This document shows positions 11,036-24,000 of a DNA stretch of 64,000 nt, one piece after another. Source of the stretch: Dudresnaya verticillata (lineage: Eukaryota); NCBI GenBank assembly GCA_977862235.1, contig OZ374562.1, forward strand, positions 1,736,001 to 1,800,000. The letters are read 5' to 3'. Position 1 is the first letter of the stretch. Each line of letters begins with the position of its first letter. The position numbers and the translations under genes are program-made. A model generated the notes under the pieces. It was not told the origin of the DNA. It saw nothing but the letters and a program-made list of their open reading frames with translations, and made no database searches.

Positions 11036-13335
11036 ATGCCGATGTTCAATGGCATGCAGGTGGCGGCGCCCTCGGCCGCGCCGGTGTACGCTTCGCCGGT
11101 CGACTTCGTCGGAAAGAACCCTCGCGATCACGCGCATTTCCTCGCGCGGGCCCCCTTGTTTGACCAGGAGGCTTTGCGCGAGGAGGAATTGGTCGTTCAT
11201 TACGCTACTAGCGGTTTCTTGCCGGGGGGCCTGCCCCTCGGCGTCGTCTGGACGTTGGAATGGAAGTTGCGCTGTGCCGTTCCTGCGGAATGGCTTTGGG
11301 TGCGAGCGGGACAATCGCGTGCGGACGTCCACGCGCAGTTCGTCTCAGACGTGTATCGTCGCTTCACGCGTTATCCGGGGCCGACGTTAACGCCGCCCCT
11401 GTTCAATTATGATGCGGGACAATACCGCACAGTCGGCGAAGCCGAATATGGTGCTCGTCTCGGGACGTTATCGCTCAAACATGTGAGCGTGTCGATTGAA
11501 CCCCGTGTGTTGGGAGAGGCTTACCTATTAAGCGTACGCTTGAAAGCGGATTTCCGTTACTTGCATCGTACGGGTACGTTCTTTTGGGAGCGTTGTATCC
11601 GGTGGGATTGCGAGACGCGTCGCCGAAAGGGCGTATTCGTACCTTACCAGGACATGCAGGTCGATCGCATTAAGCGCAGTAAGTTACCCTTCTGTTTCGT
11701 GAAGGTACCGCCTGTATGGCGAGAGTTTGAGATATGCGAGGGTTTCTCCGTAGAGCTCCCTCCGTGTGTCACGTATCTTGGTTCCGAGGTGATGACCGAC
11801 CCGTATTCCAGGTATTGGATCGTGTTTTACACGGAGTGGGTCGCCAATGTGGCGTATGCGTGGTTATGGGAGGTGTATAGCACCTTCCGTATGTACCATC
11901 TACCCCCGCGTGTGGTGGCCCAGCTTGGTAGCCTCGACTTGGTCGGAATATTTGGCGGTTCCCGGAACGCCGAAGAGTTCTGGAACCTGCGCGCTGTTGC
12001 GGATGAGATCGATTGGAACGACCCGGCGATGGTGCCGTATGCGAACAACCGCCGTAAGGCGAACCGTCCGCGATTCGCGATGAGTCGTACTCACTCCGCC
12101 TGTGGCGATTGGATCCATTGTAATCCATGGACTAAGCGTCGTACGACGAAGAACGTTGCGGAGCGCCATCGCAAAACGGACCGCCTCACCCCGGGTAATC
12201 ACCCGCGTGGTTTGCGTAAGAGTTGCGACTTTGTCGGTGCTTTTCCTCCGCATTTGAGTGCCTTAATGGCCGAGGAGGATGCGTTTAACGCCGATGGCGA
12301 ACCAGGGAACCCGTCTGGGACGGATATCGCTATACGCCTATGGCGGTTGAGTCGTCTTCCGAGCCTGCACCCGCGCCTTCGGCTTTGCCCGGAGGTTCTG
12401 TCGGTGGCGGTGGAGTCCCAGATGTCCTGCCAGCTATTGCGCCTCTGGACCTTGCGGCTCCCGTCGCTGACGATGATGGCGATGCCGTTATGGCGACGCC
12501 AATATTTGAGTCGGCTCCGCCGATCGTAACGCCTCAAGGCGAAGTATCAAACTTCGTAGACGGTTCAGGGAGTCCAGCTTCGGTGCCGGTTTGGACCGAA
12601 GAGCAGCGCTGCACCGTGCTTGCGTTATTGCAGGCTGCCGGCGTCGCTACTAGCGGTCTAAGCGGCTCACCCACTGAGTGGATGAGCCAATCTTTGTCGG
12701 CTGCGGTTCCACCTCAGGGTAGGCCCGCGTCGAAGTCGACTAGTGCCGTAGGTTCTGCGTCGAAGGACGGTGTGGCAGAGAAGCCTTCGTCGCCTAAGGC
12801 GAATGGTCCGGCGTCTAAAGACGTGAGTATGGCTGTACCGCCTGCGGCGAGCGAAGCGAATGCCGCTATAGCGTCGTTGACGGCTCCGAAGGGGCCAGCT
12901 GCTCCTGCATCATTGACGGGTGTCGGATTAACAACGCCGAAGGCGAGTGAAGAGGCGACGCCAATCGAGGCGGTTTCTGAACTAACGCCAAAGGCGGTCG
13001 ATGAGTCGTTGACTGCGCTTAAAGCGGATGGGGCTGTGCCCGCGCCTAAGGCGAACGATAGCTTGAGCTCTGCGCCTATGGCGGGTGTTGTTGCTTCATC
13101 GCCTTTGGCGGATATTGTCGCGACGACGCCAAAGGCGATTGATAAGTCGCCCCTTTCGCCTGCGGCGCCTGTTGCGGCCACTCCGGCTGTTGCAGTGGCA
13201 AGTCCTTTGCGGTCCGCCCCGGCTCCTGCCGTGAGTGTACCGTCGAAGACGGAGGACGCCCTCTACGAAGAGGCGTTGCGTGAGTCCGCCGAAGGCGTTG
13301 CTGAGGATGTGCCAGCCGATTCGTCTGGGGCGTAA
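11036..13335 (+). CDS. Antisense extra ORF of C1 (unknown conserved domain plus Ala/Pro/Ser-rich tail; one inferred frameshift near 12330)
   Basis: ORF 10988-12529 (first ATG at 11036) overlaps ORF 12340-13335; homologous to the antisense ORF of element C2. Confidence 0.75.
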
Positions 13336-14633
13336 GAGTCTTGATGTCGTTTCAGGAACGGATAGCGGACGCGAGGGTGCGTATTGTGTTGCCTTCGGCT
13401 CCCTTGCGGGACCGATGAGTGGGGTATTCCCCTTCGTCTTTGACGATTAATGTAGCTGTAGTGGTCGATCGCTAGGGCGAGGGGTTGTCCCCATTTGTTT
13501 TTAGCCCGGTAAACTTCGGCCATTGTCAGCGTCTTTTCGTATCGCGTTTCACGTTGGTCTTAGGGTGTAACCTGTGATTCCCGTTCGACTTTGCGTCGTG
13601 TTCTTGATTGCCCGCTACAGTAGCGTTGGCGTTTGATGCCTTTAGCCTTGGTCGTGCGTTGCGCTTCAGCTGTGTTTGGCTGGTAGTGTCCGCTGTAGTG
13701 GCGTTGTTCTTCGTGTTTCACGTGCGGCTGTTGGCGTATTTCCGCTGACTTAGCGTTTTTGTAATGCATGTGTCGCACTGCGCCTTGGGTGTGGTTTTTC
13801 GGGTCACTGCGCCTCGGGCGTGGTTTGTCGGCGTCCTCGACGAGAGTCGCGAAGGCGGTGAGGTAGGTGTTGACGCCTTGGCGTTGCCGCCCTTTTCGTC
13901 TTCGACGCTCCTCCTTGGGGGTAGGGTAGGGTGATCTGCGACCGCGGCGGCCGCGGGCAGCGGCGGAGTCGTTGGCGATTTGTTGGCGCGTCGTGCACGG
14001 AACCCACAGCAACTGCGTCTTCAACCACCTTCCCCCCCTTCGGGGGTGGGTTTGTCGGTGCGCCCCTTCTTCGGCGAGTTACGTCGGAGACGTTCGACGG
14101 GTGCTTTCGAGCGAGACCGTGGCCGGCAGTATCGCGGTCCCAGGGACTTGGCCGTGGGGCGAGTGCACGTCTCGACGTCGGAGACGGTTGTTGTGCGCTA
14201 CCACTTACGCCTGTCGTCGCTGGGGCTCGTAGCACCTGCTCAGCCACTTGGTATGATTGCGTTCGTCGTGCGTTGACGGCGGGGTGGTGCACGCGGCCGT
14301 GTTTAGAAATTAAAATTTGACCAATTACTTCCTCCTAGTACCCGAGTGGCGCGGGCGGCGGATCTCGATTTGCGATCTGGATCCACTGTCAACAGCGCAC
14401 CCATCCAGAGGTTCCGTATGGGGGCTGCTACGAGGTGTCGTGCGCGAGGCTGTCTATGACGCAACGACTTGCGTCCGCGTTCGTCCATGGCGTGCATACG
14501 TGTTTGGCGCTGTCGCTCTGGCGACCGCGTCCACAGGCCATGGGTTGGGATTCCGCGCCTTTGGCGATCGTAGGGCGAGCACGCGATCTCGATCGTCCGT
14601 CCATTCGCTTCCAGCGGTATTTCCGGATTAGGG

Positions 14634-14903
14634 TTAGCCGCGCTGGGCGTCGTCGACGTTTGGCGGCAGCGGCGTACGTTTTCGACGGTGGTACCGTGTG
14701 ACGTGGGATCGCGGCAAACTGGAGACTGGCTCCCAGGTGTTCGCTGAAGCGGGGTATCCAAACCACTTGACGCGGCAGAGGATCTCATCATCATCCGCGT
14801 ACGCGTGCGACTCGATGCGTTCAATCACGTATTCTTTCCCGCTCACAGCGTTCGGCTTGTACGTGGGACTTTCCAGCGCCTTTGGTGGTTCGTCTCGTTG
14901 CAT
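14634..14903 (-). CDS. Integrase-associated chromodomain of C1
   Basis: EYVIERIESH...CRVKWFGYPASANTWEPVSSL. Confidence 0.9.
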   Translation of the reverse strand: MQRDEPPKALESPTYKPNAVSGKEYVIERIESHAYADDDEILCRVKWFGYPASANTWEPVSSLPRSHVTRYHRRKRTPLPPNVDDAQRG

Positions 14904-14992
14904 GATGGGCGTCTGTTCCGGTTCGGCGAAGCGTACTCGACGAGTTGATCGCCGAAGGCGTTGGCCTTGGGCCTCGGGCGCTCGATCAGCGG

Positions 14993-17400
14993 TTAGTGGG
15001 TGGTTGCGTCTTGAGACAAGTTCATCGCTTGCAACGCCATGCGTCGTGCTTGCACGGTTAACGTCTTCGTTATCGGACGCGATTCATTGTTCTCATTCGG
15101 CGGAGCCGTAGCGACGTGTTCCAAACGGGTGCGAACCCCTGGGGTATTGTCGTCGTTGGAGACGGATTGCGAAGCGCGGTCGTCGGGGTCGGCGGCGAAG
15201 GGCAAAAGCTCTGCCAACCCACGACTGCGTGACGTTGCGGTTATACGCTCCTGCGGATCTCCCGCAGTATGCGAAGTCTCTGCGTCACCCTCTGGGCTCG
15301 CTGGTGGCGTGTCGGGGGTAGTCGTCCCTTCGTCTTGTGACGTGGGGGCGACTGCGTCCTGCACCGCGGGCGGGCCTGGTGGGACGATGAGTGGAGGGGC
15401 CGCCTGACCCGGTGGGGCCGGCGCCCAGACCACGCGGTCTCGGGACAAACGTTCCCGCTCGTCACGTCCCTTGTCGACGGTTACTGTCTCTTTATCAACG
15501 TGAGTTACCCGATATGGTCCGTCCGCCACTGGCGCCAGCTTATGCTTACGCTCTGCGCGATCCGTGCTCCCGCCTCGGGCAAAGTATTCCTTGCGTACGA
15601 ATACGAAGTCGCTTACGGCGATTTTTTCCTTCGATTTCCTCAATCGGGTATCAAAGTTTCGTTTGTAACGTGCTTGAGTTGTCTCTAACGACGCTTTAGC
15701 GGTTCCCATCAGTGCGGCCAGCCAGGTTCGCCATTTGGTGTAGTATTGCCCCGCGGTGGGTACGCTTTCGAGCGACGGTTCCGCTTCAAGCGACAGTGGA
15801 CGTGGTGGCTTGGACAGCACCAATTCAAACGGAGCGAGATGCGTAGACGAATGCAACTGTGTGTTGTATGCGAACGTCAAGGCATCCGTGAACAGGTCCC
15901 AGTCTCTCGAATGATCCGCAACGTAGTGACGCAGCGAGGCCAGGATGGTTCGATTGAATCGTTCTACCTGGCCATTGCATTGCGGATGGTACGTCGTGGT
16001 GAAGAGATTCTCCACTCCCAAAAGACGGCAGATATCCTGAAACCGATTAGCCACAAACTGTGGTCCGTTGTCGGACAAACGTTTCTTCAGAGGGCCGTAC
16101 ACGAAGACCCAATGTCGTACAAACACCTTAGCGATTTCCAATGCCGTAATACTACACAGTGGGACCGTCCGGACCAGCTTCGAGAAGCGTTCCACAATGA
16201 CGAGTAGGAACTTGTTTCCTCGCTTCGTGCGTATGAGTTCGCCCAGGATGTCGATCGATACGAATTCGAGAGGCTCGGTTGCCGGGAATAACTTCAATTG
16301 CTTGGTGTTCTTTCGCAGCAATACGCGATTCTTAGCGCAGGTTACGCAGTTGCGGACGGTCGCATAGCAGTCCACTGGCATCGATGGCCAATAGTATTCA
16401 CGTCGAAGCGTATGATACAACTTACGCCCCCATGGGTGCCCTGCTAACTTGGCGTGGTGCCGGAGGTGGAGTAAGCGAGCGCGTAACGCGGAGGGTACGA
16501 CCACTTGTGGACGGACTTCTACTGTTCGAACCAACAGGCCCTGTTCATCCGTTGCGAACGGTAGGATGATCCCGTCATCCAGACGTTTCCTGAAATCGTT
16601 ACAGTATTTGTCATCGCCTTGGGCGTGTACCAACTCTTCATGCGTCACTTGACGAAGGAGTACCTCATTCGCCGGTGGCATGTTGTTGATCAACACTTGG
16701 TCGAACTCTTCGAACTCTCGTTCGGCGAAGTCGACCTCGCCTTCGGCGTCAGACAGATCGTCTTGTGACGTTTGATGGCCATCTTCGACGTAGCTTCCGT
16801 GGTAGCATGGTACATCATCGTCAATGGGCTCGACGGTTTCTCCCTTCGTCTGTAGACGAGAAAGGGCATCTGCCTGAGTATTCAGGTACCCCTTTTTGTA
16901 CTTCATGACAAAGTCGAACTCGGAAAGGCGAAGGCGCCACCGCATTAACCGTCCAGAGGGGTCGCTGATTGCCATCAGCCACCTCAATGACGAATAGTCC
17001 GTATGGACTGTGAACGACTCCATCTGGAGGTAAGGTCGCAGCGTCATGACGGACCATACTACTGCGAGGCACTCCTTTTCGGAGACCGAGTAGTTACGCT
17101 CTGGAGCGGTGAGCGAGCGGGACCAGAAGCCGAGTGGCTTACGCTCCCCGTCGGGCTGCGTTTGAAATAGAGCACAGCCGACCTGATACTCGCTTGCGTC
17201 ACAATCGACAGAATAGAGGAGACCCTGCTGTGGTAGCGCCAGTATAGGCGGATGAGTCACGGCCTCGACGAGCGTACTGAACGCTTTGGCTTGTGTCTCA
17301 TCAAACTGTTGTAACCGGAAGTCCTGTGACGACTCTATCTGCCGGTTGGTGTCATCGGTAACTAACTTCGGGCCCTCCTTCCGTGTCAGCACCCGAGGCC
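14993..17400 (-). pseudogene. C1 pol remnant: RNase H + integrase
   Basis: VDCDASEYQVG, FWSRSL, EKECLAVVW, ADALSRL, HAKLAGH..CVTC, VSIDILG, SDNGPQF, YHPQCNGQVER, GPY. Confidence 0.93.
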
Positions 17401-17451
17401 TAGGCCTCTCTTCGCGGTGCGACACCCCAGTGTCAGGAGTTGGTGCCCGAG

Positions 17452-20051
17452 TTAGTTTTTCGCCTGCGGCGGTGGTTGTGGCGCTACATAGCGATTGATC
17501 ATCGTCGGATGACGTTCTGCCACGTGCAGCATGGGTCCGCCTCGTGGCGATTGTGGTCGTGCAGCACGGCGAGCAGCGTTGCGGGTTGCGCGTTCCTTGC
17601 AACGTACATACGCATCAGCGGGGACATCAGCCTTCTCGGCTTCGGTTAGTCCTTCATAGTTGGTAATAACCTTCATGAAGTTGCTCATGCGCAGGAAGCA
17701 GTCCGGCGCGATGTGTCCGCGGGCGTAGCATTGGTGGCATACCAGCTGCCGACGCGCGTCTTGACGGGGCGGACCTCTGTCCTGCCATCCAGGCCTTGCT
17801 CGGTGAACGTGAGGGGCATACTCAGAATAGGGGACGCGTGGCGCGGGTACGACCGAGCGCCCAAAGTCGAGAGCGGGGTCCATATCCCTTGCGTCTTCGT
17901 CATCGAAGTAGCTGTCCGTTGGTAGAGCCGAGGTTGGCACCGACGCTTGCTCGTCTGCCAAGTACAGATCGCCTTCGGCGTGTGTTTCCATGTCATCGAC
18001 AGGGCGACTAACGTCTCGGAACTCGACGGAGGACTCCGCTATCATAGTGCGCGCTCCAGGCTTTGCGCATCTCGTCTGTGGACGCAGTACACCTCGGGCA
18101 TCGCCGATGGCGGATCGCGATGTGCGTACGGCTTGAGCCGGTGTCAGTAGGTCACGTCGTGCTGACGCGGAACCGGCCCTGCCGTGTCGTGCGCGGTTGG
18201 CATCCCCTTCGTCCTGTGCGAAGTGGACCAGCCGCTCAAATGACAGCTCCGCCCTTGGCGTTTCTTCGAAAGCGAGCGACCAGGGACCTGATCGACGGGT
18301 CTAACCCGTTGATGTACAGCGTCATCTTTTCCCAATCGGGATATACGTTACCGCAACGGATACAAGCGCTGGCTAGCCGCATCCCATAGGTCGTCTTGTC
18401 CTCGCCTTGCTTCTGGGCAGTCGACCGTAGGGCAAGGACAGCGTCCCTGATCGCCGCTGGCGTACGTGCGGAGGAGGTACTGTACCGCCTCCGGATACGA
18501 GGACACCCCGCCGCGATGGCGAGAAGACGTCGACTTGACGGAGCGGAATTGCGTGGCTGCCGTACCTCGCAAGAAGTACGGCAGTGCGACGAACGCTTGG
18601 GCTTCGCTCATCTCCAGCGTATCGGCTTCATCCGCGAAACGCGTCAGGAACTCCAGGACCATGACGGGGTCGCTGCCGTTGAAGGCGGCGTCCTTCATGG
18701 TCAGCTCCAGGCGCTTAATATGGTTCTTGAATTTACCCGTATCGCGCCCTGAGCGTTTTTGCCCTACGTCTTTGAGACGGTAAGTCCTGTACGATAATAA
18801 CTGATCGAAAAGGGGGTTGGAGGGGCGTAGCTCCTTCAACTCCTTGAACCGCTTTCCGCGAGGTCTTGCGGCACTGCCGAGAGCTGGGAAGTCGTCGTCT
18901 TCAGACGAAGAGTCTGACGACTCTCCGTCACTTGACGAGTCCGAAGAGGACGAGGATGAGTCCCCACTTCGATGACGGTTCTTCTTCCGTCTATGACGTA
19001 GCTTGCGGCGGCGTCTCTTCCGATCCTTGCGTCTGTGACGATCTTCGCACGAGCTCTCGTCACCCGACGGTGGACCGTTGCGCCACTTGGCGGTTTCGAG
19101 ACGCTCTAAGCGAGTCGCAAGTCGCTGAAAGCGTTCGCGTGAGCTAAGCTCAGAATGCGAATGAACCGTTACTGCCGGCGGTGATTGTGTACCCTCGCCT
19201 TGGGCGTTTTGGTTCGTCAATACACGGTCGAGATCGAATCGAAGCCCTTGTAGGGCGTCGTCCCGATCCTCTTCCAACGTCTGTAGACGACTTGCGATTC
19301 CTCCGACACTGTCGTCCAGTAACCCGGCGAACCTAGCGAACATAGCATCGTCTTCCAAGACGCACACCTCTCGGATCCGTTCGCGTGGTATCGTTAAGTT
19401 ACTCACGCGGACGGCCGAGGGTGACGCCGTTGGCGGTTGGCTTTCGCGGTTTGACCGGTCGGGCGTTCCTTGCGCCCTTTGGCTTGGCGACTTCGGCTTA
19501 GCCGGCGAACAACCGGCACTGCCGTGGGGAGTGGGACAACATGCCCCGTGTGCCAATGGGTCGTCAGCGACGTTGCGCTCCGCGGAGTGCCCTTGATCGT
19601 CGTTGACGGGGATGGTTGGTTGATCCGGAAGTTCCGGTTGTCCCTCGACGATGTCGGCTTGTGTTCCGTCTACGAAGTCCTGTTGCTCAGCTTGTACTGT
19701 ATCAGCCGAGTCAACATAGGAGTGGTAGGTGCGGAGGGCCGATCCCTCGGGGACTGAGGTGCGGACGACGACGGGGTTGCGCGTCGGCGGGGGAGGTAAC
19801 TCTCCTCCGTTGAGCGACGCGTGGGAGCCGGCGTGGCCGTGGCCCGGGGGTAGCGTTGGGAACGCCGACGCGATCTCGGGCTCACGAGGCGCCCAGACCT
19901 CGTTGTCATCCGATGTAGCGACCGTTCTGACGCGGGTACACTCCCAGGCGTCGAAGATGGTCTTCTTGAACTTGGGCCTCGCGACGGTGGCGGTCGTGAG
20001 GCCATGATGCAGTCGTAGAGTTGCTTGATCGTCGTGGACGATTAGCGACAA
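17452..20051 (-). pseudogene. C1 gag (frameshifted) with CCHC zinc knuckle
   Basis: ORFs 18348-20051 and 17452-18045; CHQCYARGHIAPDC; capsid region homologous to C2 gag (LSYRTYRL, FNGSDPV). Confidence 0.85.
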
Positions 20052-20112
20052 ACGTCTGAAGACGGAGAGTCGGACGTCGCACGACGGAGTATCTCGTTGA
20101 AACGTAGCACAA

Positions 20113-20130
20113 TTCTAGATCGGGAGACCA
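20113..20130 (-). promoter_or_regulatory. Primer-binding site of C1
   Basis: TGGTCTCCCGATCTAGAA, 2 nt after the LTR end; complementary to a tRNA ending GGGAGACCA (tRNA-Tyr-like by inference). Confidence 0.75.
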
Positions 20131-20132
20131 GA

Positions 20133-20985
20133 TGTGGTGCAAAGGTCTGTGGCGGTATACCGCCGAGCAGTTCGGGGCTCGGTGGTTAGCTGCGCCCTTG
20201 GCGGTGAGTAGCCTCGCCTTGGGCGGCTTGTGGTAGAGCAGAGGACACGCCTTGGGCGGACTGTAGACGCCCGAGGCGAAAAGGAAGGGAAAAGGAAACA
20301 GAAAGGAAACACGTCAAGGACGGTGATAGACGTGGAAGCACGGGAGGTAGACGCTTGAACCGTAGGCAGCGGTAGGATACGCGCGTGCGGAACGGGGAAG
20401 TCTGGACCAAGGCCGGCTTGCCCGGGCGTTTACTGCTACGTCTGGGACGGCTTACCTAAGTATAGTTCGGCGGTGCGGTGGCGGCAGTGCGTGTGGGTAG
20501 CGCGGGAACTCGGGACACGTGTCGTCCCGGGGCGCGTCTGACAGATCACCCATCGCATGCAGCCGCGCGCCTGACAGGTTGCCGCACAACCCCCCTGTGT
20601 GGGTGCTTACACGCCCACGTGGACGCGTGTGCCTTACAGCCGTGCGCAGCGCGTTCCCATCCGGATCGGGCCAGCAATGCGAACACCCACAGCCTTACAG
20701 GCGCGTATCTTACAGCTTACGCGATCCAGATAGCCAATCTGGATACCGTATCCGGATCCCATCTGGATCCGTATTACAGTGCCCCGGGGCGCCATGTCGG
20801 CTAATCACCGTACAGTGCCCGCGTGGCGCGCGGCGCGCAGTGTGCGCGCGCGCCCCAGTGAGCCGTCGATGACGTGTTCGCGCGCCAACGGCGGTGGTGA
20901 GCGCCGGTGGCGGTTTCTCCGTCGGTCGACGTATTTGTTGCTGCCCGCTTTCAGCGAAAAAGGGCTCACCCCCCCTTGCACCACA
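20133..20985 (-). repeat. 5' LTR of C1 (family A)
   Basis: TGTGGTGCAA...TTGCACCACA; direct repeat of 9657-10546. Confidence 0.95.
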
Positions 20986-21068
20986 AATATCACCTGAAAA
21001 GGTTTCCGATCCCGATTCTTACTTGTTACTAATTTGAGGTGAAAGTTCTCGTTGCTTTACAAGAGCTT

Positions 21069-24000
21069 TGATAAATGTTGAGGAGTTGGTTCTCTAGTTT
21101 TGTTTGTCTATCTCTCTCATCTCTACAATGCGTGAGGCAATTTATACAAATCTTGTCACTAAAGTATCGTCAAGTTTTTAAGACTAAAATGGGAACTCCT
21201 TCAGTTGGGTACTCACGAATTCGGTTGTTGTCAAATTCGTGTACATCCCGATTAAGGACGCACCTCCGTTGTTACTTATTTTGACATTCCCCCTCATCAT
21301 CAATTGTCAGTATCGCGGAGTCCCATGGCTTGAACAAAATAGATGTGCTTCTTTGAGTTGAACGACTTGGTCATGATATCGGCCACTACTTCGTTGGTTG
21401 GAATGTACGTCAGTTTGATAGTCCCATTCTGAACATGTTCGTGAAGATAATGAGACTTGACGTCGATGTGTTGGAACGTTCGTTGCATACGTCATTATTT
21501 GCTAGCTCGAGGGCACCTTGGTTGTCACCACGGATAAGTACCTGAATGCTACTAGACTGGGCAGTGCCAGACTCGGATAAATCCTGTGAGGCCGGATTGC
21601 TTCCCGAACCGTATATGACATTTCAACATACTCAGATTCCACAGTAGACTGTGCTACCGCCTCCTGCTTCTTACTACGCCAGGATAGTGCTCCACCTGAG
21701 CTTTGGAACATAAATCAACTCACTGATTTGCGTTTAATGCGGTCAGCTGCGAAATCAGAATCTGTATTGCCAAAACTATATACTTCTTGTTTGTTGCTGC
21801 TGCGGTTGTACACGATTCTCAGGCGTTTAATCTTTTTGAGATAACGTAGAAAATGCTTCGCAGCTTGCTAATGAATCATCAGCGTGTTATGCATGAATCG
21901 GGAAAGGAAAGATGTATCAAAAACAATATCCGGGCGAGTTGTGTTTGCCAAATATAGCAAGGCGCCAATCAGCTCGCGATACGGAACAAACTGCATACGG
22001 CGATACTCCCCTTCGTTACGAGACCCCAGAATGGATGGAGAGTCTAATATCATCCCCGGGGGATCGGGACGTCGGCTGTACGGCATTGCGACATTCCAAA
22101 CTTCTCAATCAGCTGTCCAATCATTAATTCGCTGTAAATCTTCAGCGTCCCAAGCTTAAGGTTACGTTCGATACGAATTCCCAGAAATTTCGTCGCGTCT
22201 GCCTATACTCGAATACATACCTGTGCGGCTATACGGTCTGCGAAGGTGCGAAGTTCGCATAGAGATGGTCCTGCGAGTAGCATATCGTCCACATAGACGA
22301 GTAAGTAGATGTATTTGTTCCGGATGCGGAGAATGTAGAAACTTGAATCAGATTTCGATTTCGTAAATTCTAAGGCAGTGAGGAATCTATTCACGACACG
22401 GTGCCATGCTCATGAGGCTTGTTTCAGTCCGTAGAGGGCTTTGAGTAGACGATAGACCCATTGGGATCGACTAGAGTCCACAAAGCCTTCCGGCTGTTCC
22501 ATGTAGATTATTTCTTCAAGTCCACCATTCAGGAAGGCTGCCTTTACATCAAGTTTCAGAAGTGCCAAATATTCATCCGTAGCGAGAGTCAGTATGAAGC
22601 GGACTGTGGAGTACTTGGCAACGGGGGAAATGTCTCGGTGAAGTCAATTCCATTTTGTTGAGTGAAACCTTTTGCGACCAAACGTGCGCGACGACGAGGC
22701 AGACGTCCCTCGGCATCTAACTTGTTCATATATACCCATTTTCTCTTGACTGCCTTGGCATTGGAGGGCTGCCGTTCTAGAAACCAGGCCTTATTATGAT
22801 TGATTAATCAGTTTCATTCTGCATTGCTTGGTTCCATTCTGGTGAAAAGGGTCCGCTGATGGCCTCTCGATAAGTAGTTCGAACGGTGGTGTCTTCATTG
22901 CCAAGACGTACATTCAAGGCAATGGAGGTGAGATCAGCATTGCGAGAGGGGGCCTGGATGGCAGTCCTGAGCGGGTGACATTGGGAAAACGGGTAAGCGT
23001 GTTGGGGTCACGATCTGCGTTTGGGCCGGTAGTGGACGTATCTTGCGCATCATGGAATGAATCACTGTCCTGTTCCGATGAATCGTCAGAATCTGTTCTA
23101 TTGTCGGAGTCAGTCTCGGTGTCAGAACCACTAATTGGGTGAGAATCAGTAATGGTACCAGGGTCTGAATCTGAATCGATTTGTTGCCTGTAGTTACCAG
23201 TCAGGTCGAAATAAGTACTGGTAGAGTTTTGAAGCCCTAAAGAAATATCATGGTAAGTAGCTGGAGCATGGCGATGCGTGGTCTCATCGAAAGTTGCATC
23301 GTGAGACGTTATGACTTTGTTCTCCGCTCGTATGTAGACTTTGTAGCTGGTGCCCTTGTCGTACCCGAAAAGCACTCCAGTCTTGGCACGCGGAGCGAAC
23401 TTACCAGAACGTCGTTGTGTCGGGATGTGTACGTAGGAAATGGCTTCGAACTTGCCAAAGTTGGAAACGTCGGGGCGCTCTCCAACAATGACCTCATACG
23501 TCGTCTTGTCAGGGTCCGAGCAGGCAGACGTGAACAACTGGTTTCGAATGTAGGTGGCGGTGTTCATGGCCTCAGGCCACAAACTTTGATACACCTTGAT
23601 GTGAGCTAATTTTTGCATAAGTGTTCTCGCTATGTCCATGAGGGTGCAGTTGAGACGTTCTGCTTTCCCATTTGATTCCGGTGAATACGGATCACTGCGT
23701 TCATGGATGATATCCTTGTCAGCGTGACATTTCTTGAAGGCAGTAGACAGAAATCCCTTGCTATTGTCAGTTCTAAGGCGAAGGACGCAAATGCGCGGGA
23801 TGTTTCCCAGAAAGATTGCTTCCAGGTCTAGAATCATATGCTTGACGGATGAAAAGTTTCCTTCTTTGTAATCATGAAGCGAACGAGTGATAATGCACTG
23901 GAGTCATCGTAGAGCGGAATGCAGTAGGGTGTACCATTGAAAGAAGGGTCACCAACGGGTCCGATGATATCAACGTGTACTAGGTCCAACGGATTCACTT

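Larger units (their letters stand above)
9657..20985 (-). mobile_element. Ty3/gypsy chromovirus (element C1) with two LTRs; protease and RT deleted; carries an antisense extra ORF
   Basis: Direct-repeat LTRs 9657-10546 and 20133-20985, PBS, PPT, gag, RNase H-integrase, chromodomain. Flanks AATGA/AATAT are not a perfect TSD. Confidence 0.95.

Noticed and set aside
11036..12529. Interpretation of the extra ORF as env
   Set aside because: It is antisense to gag-pol and has no evident signal peptide or C-terminal TM anchor.
9652..20990. Target-site duplication for C1
   Set aside because: Flanks AATGA and AATAT match at only 3 of 5 positions, so no TSD is claimed.
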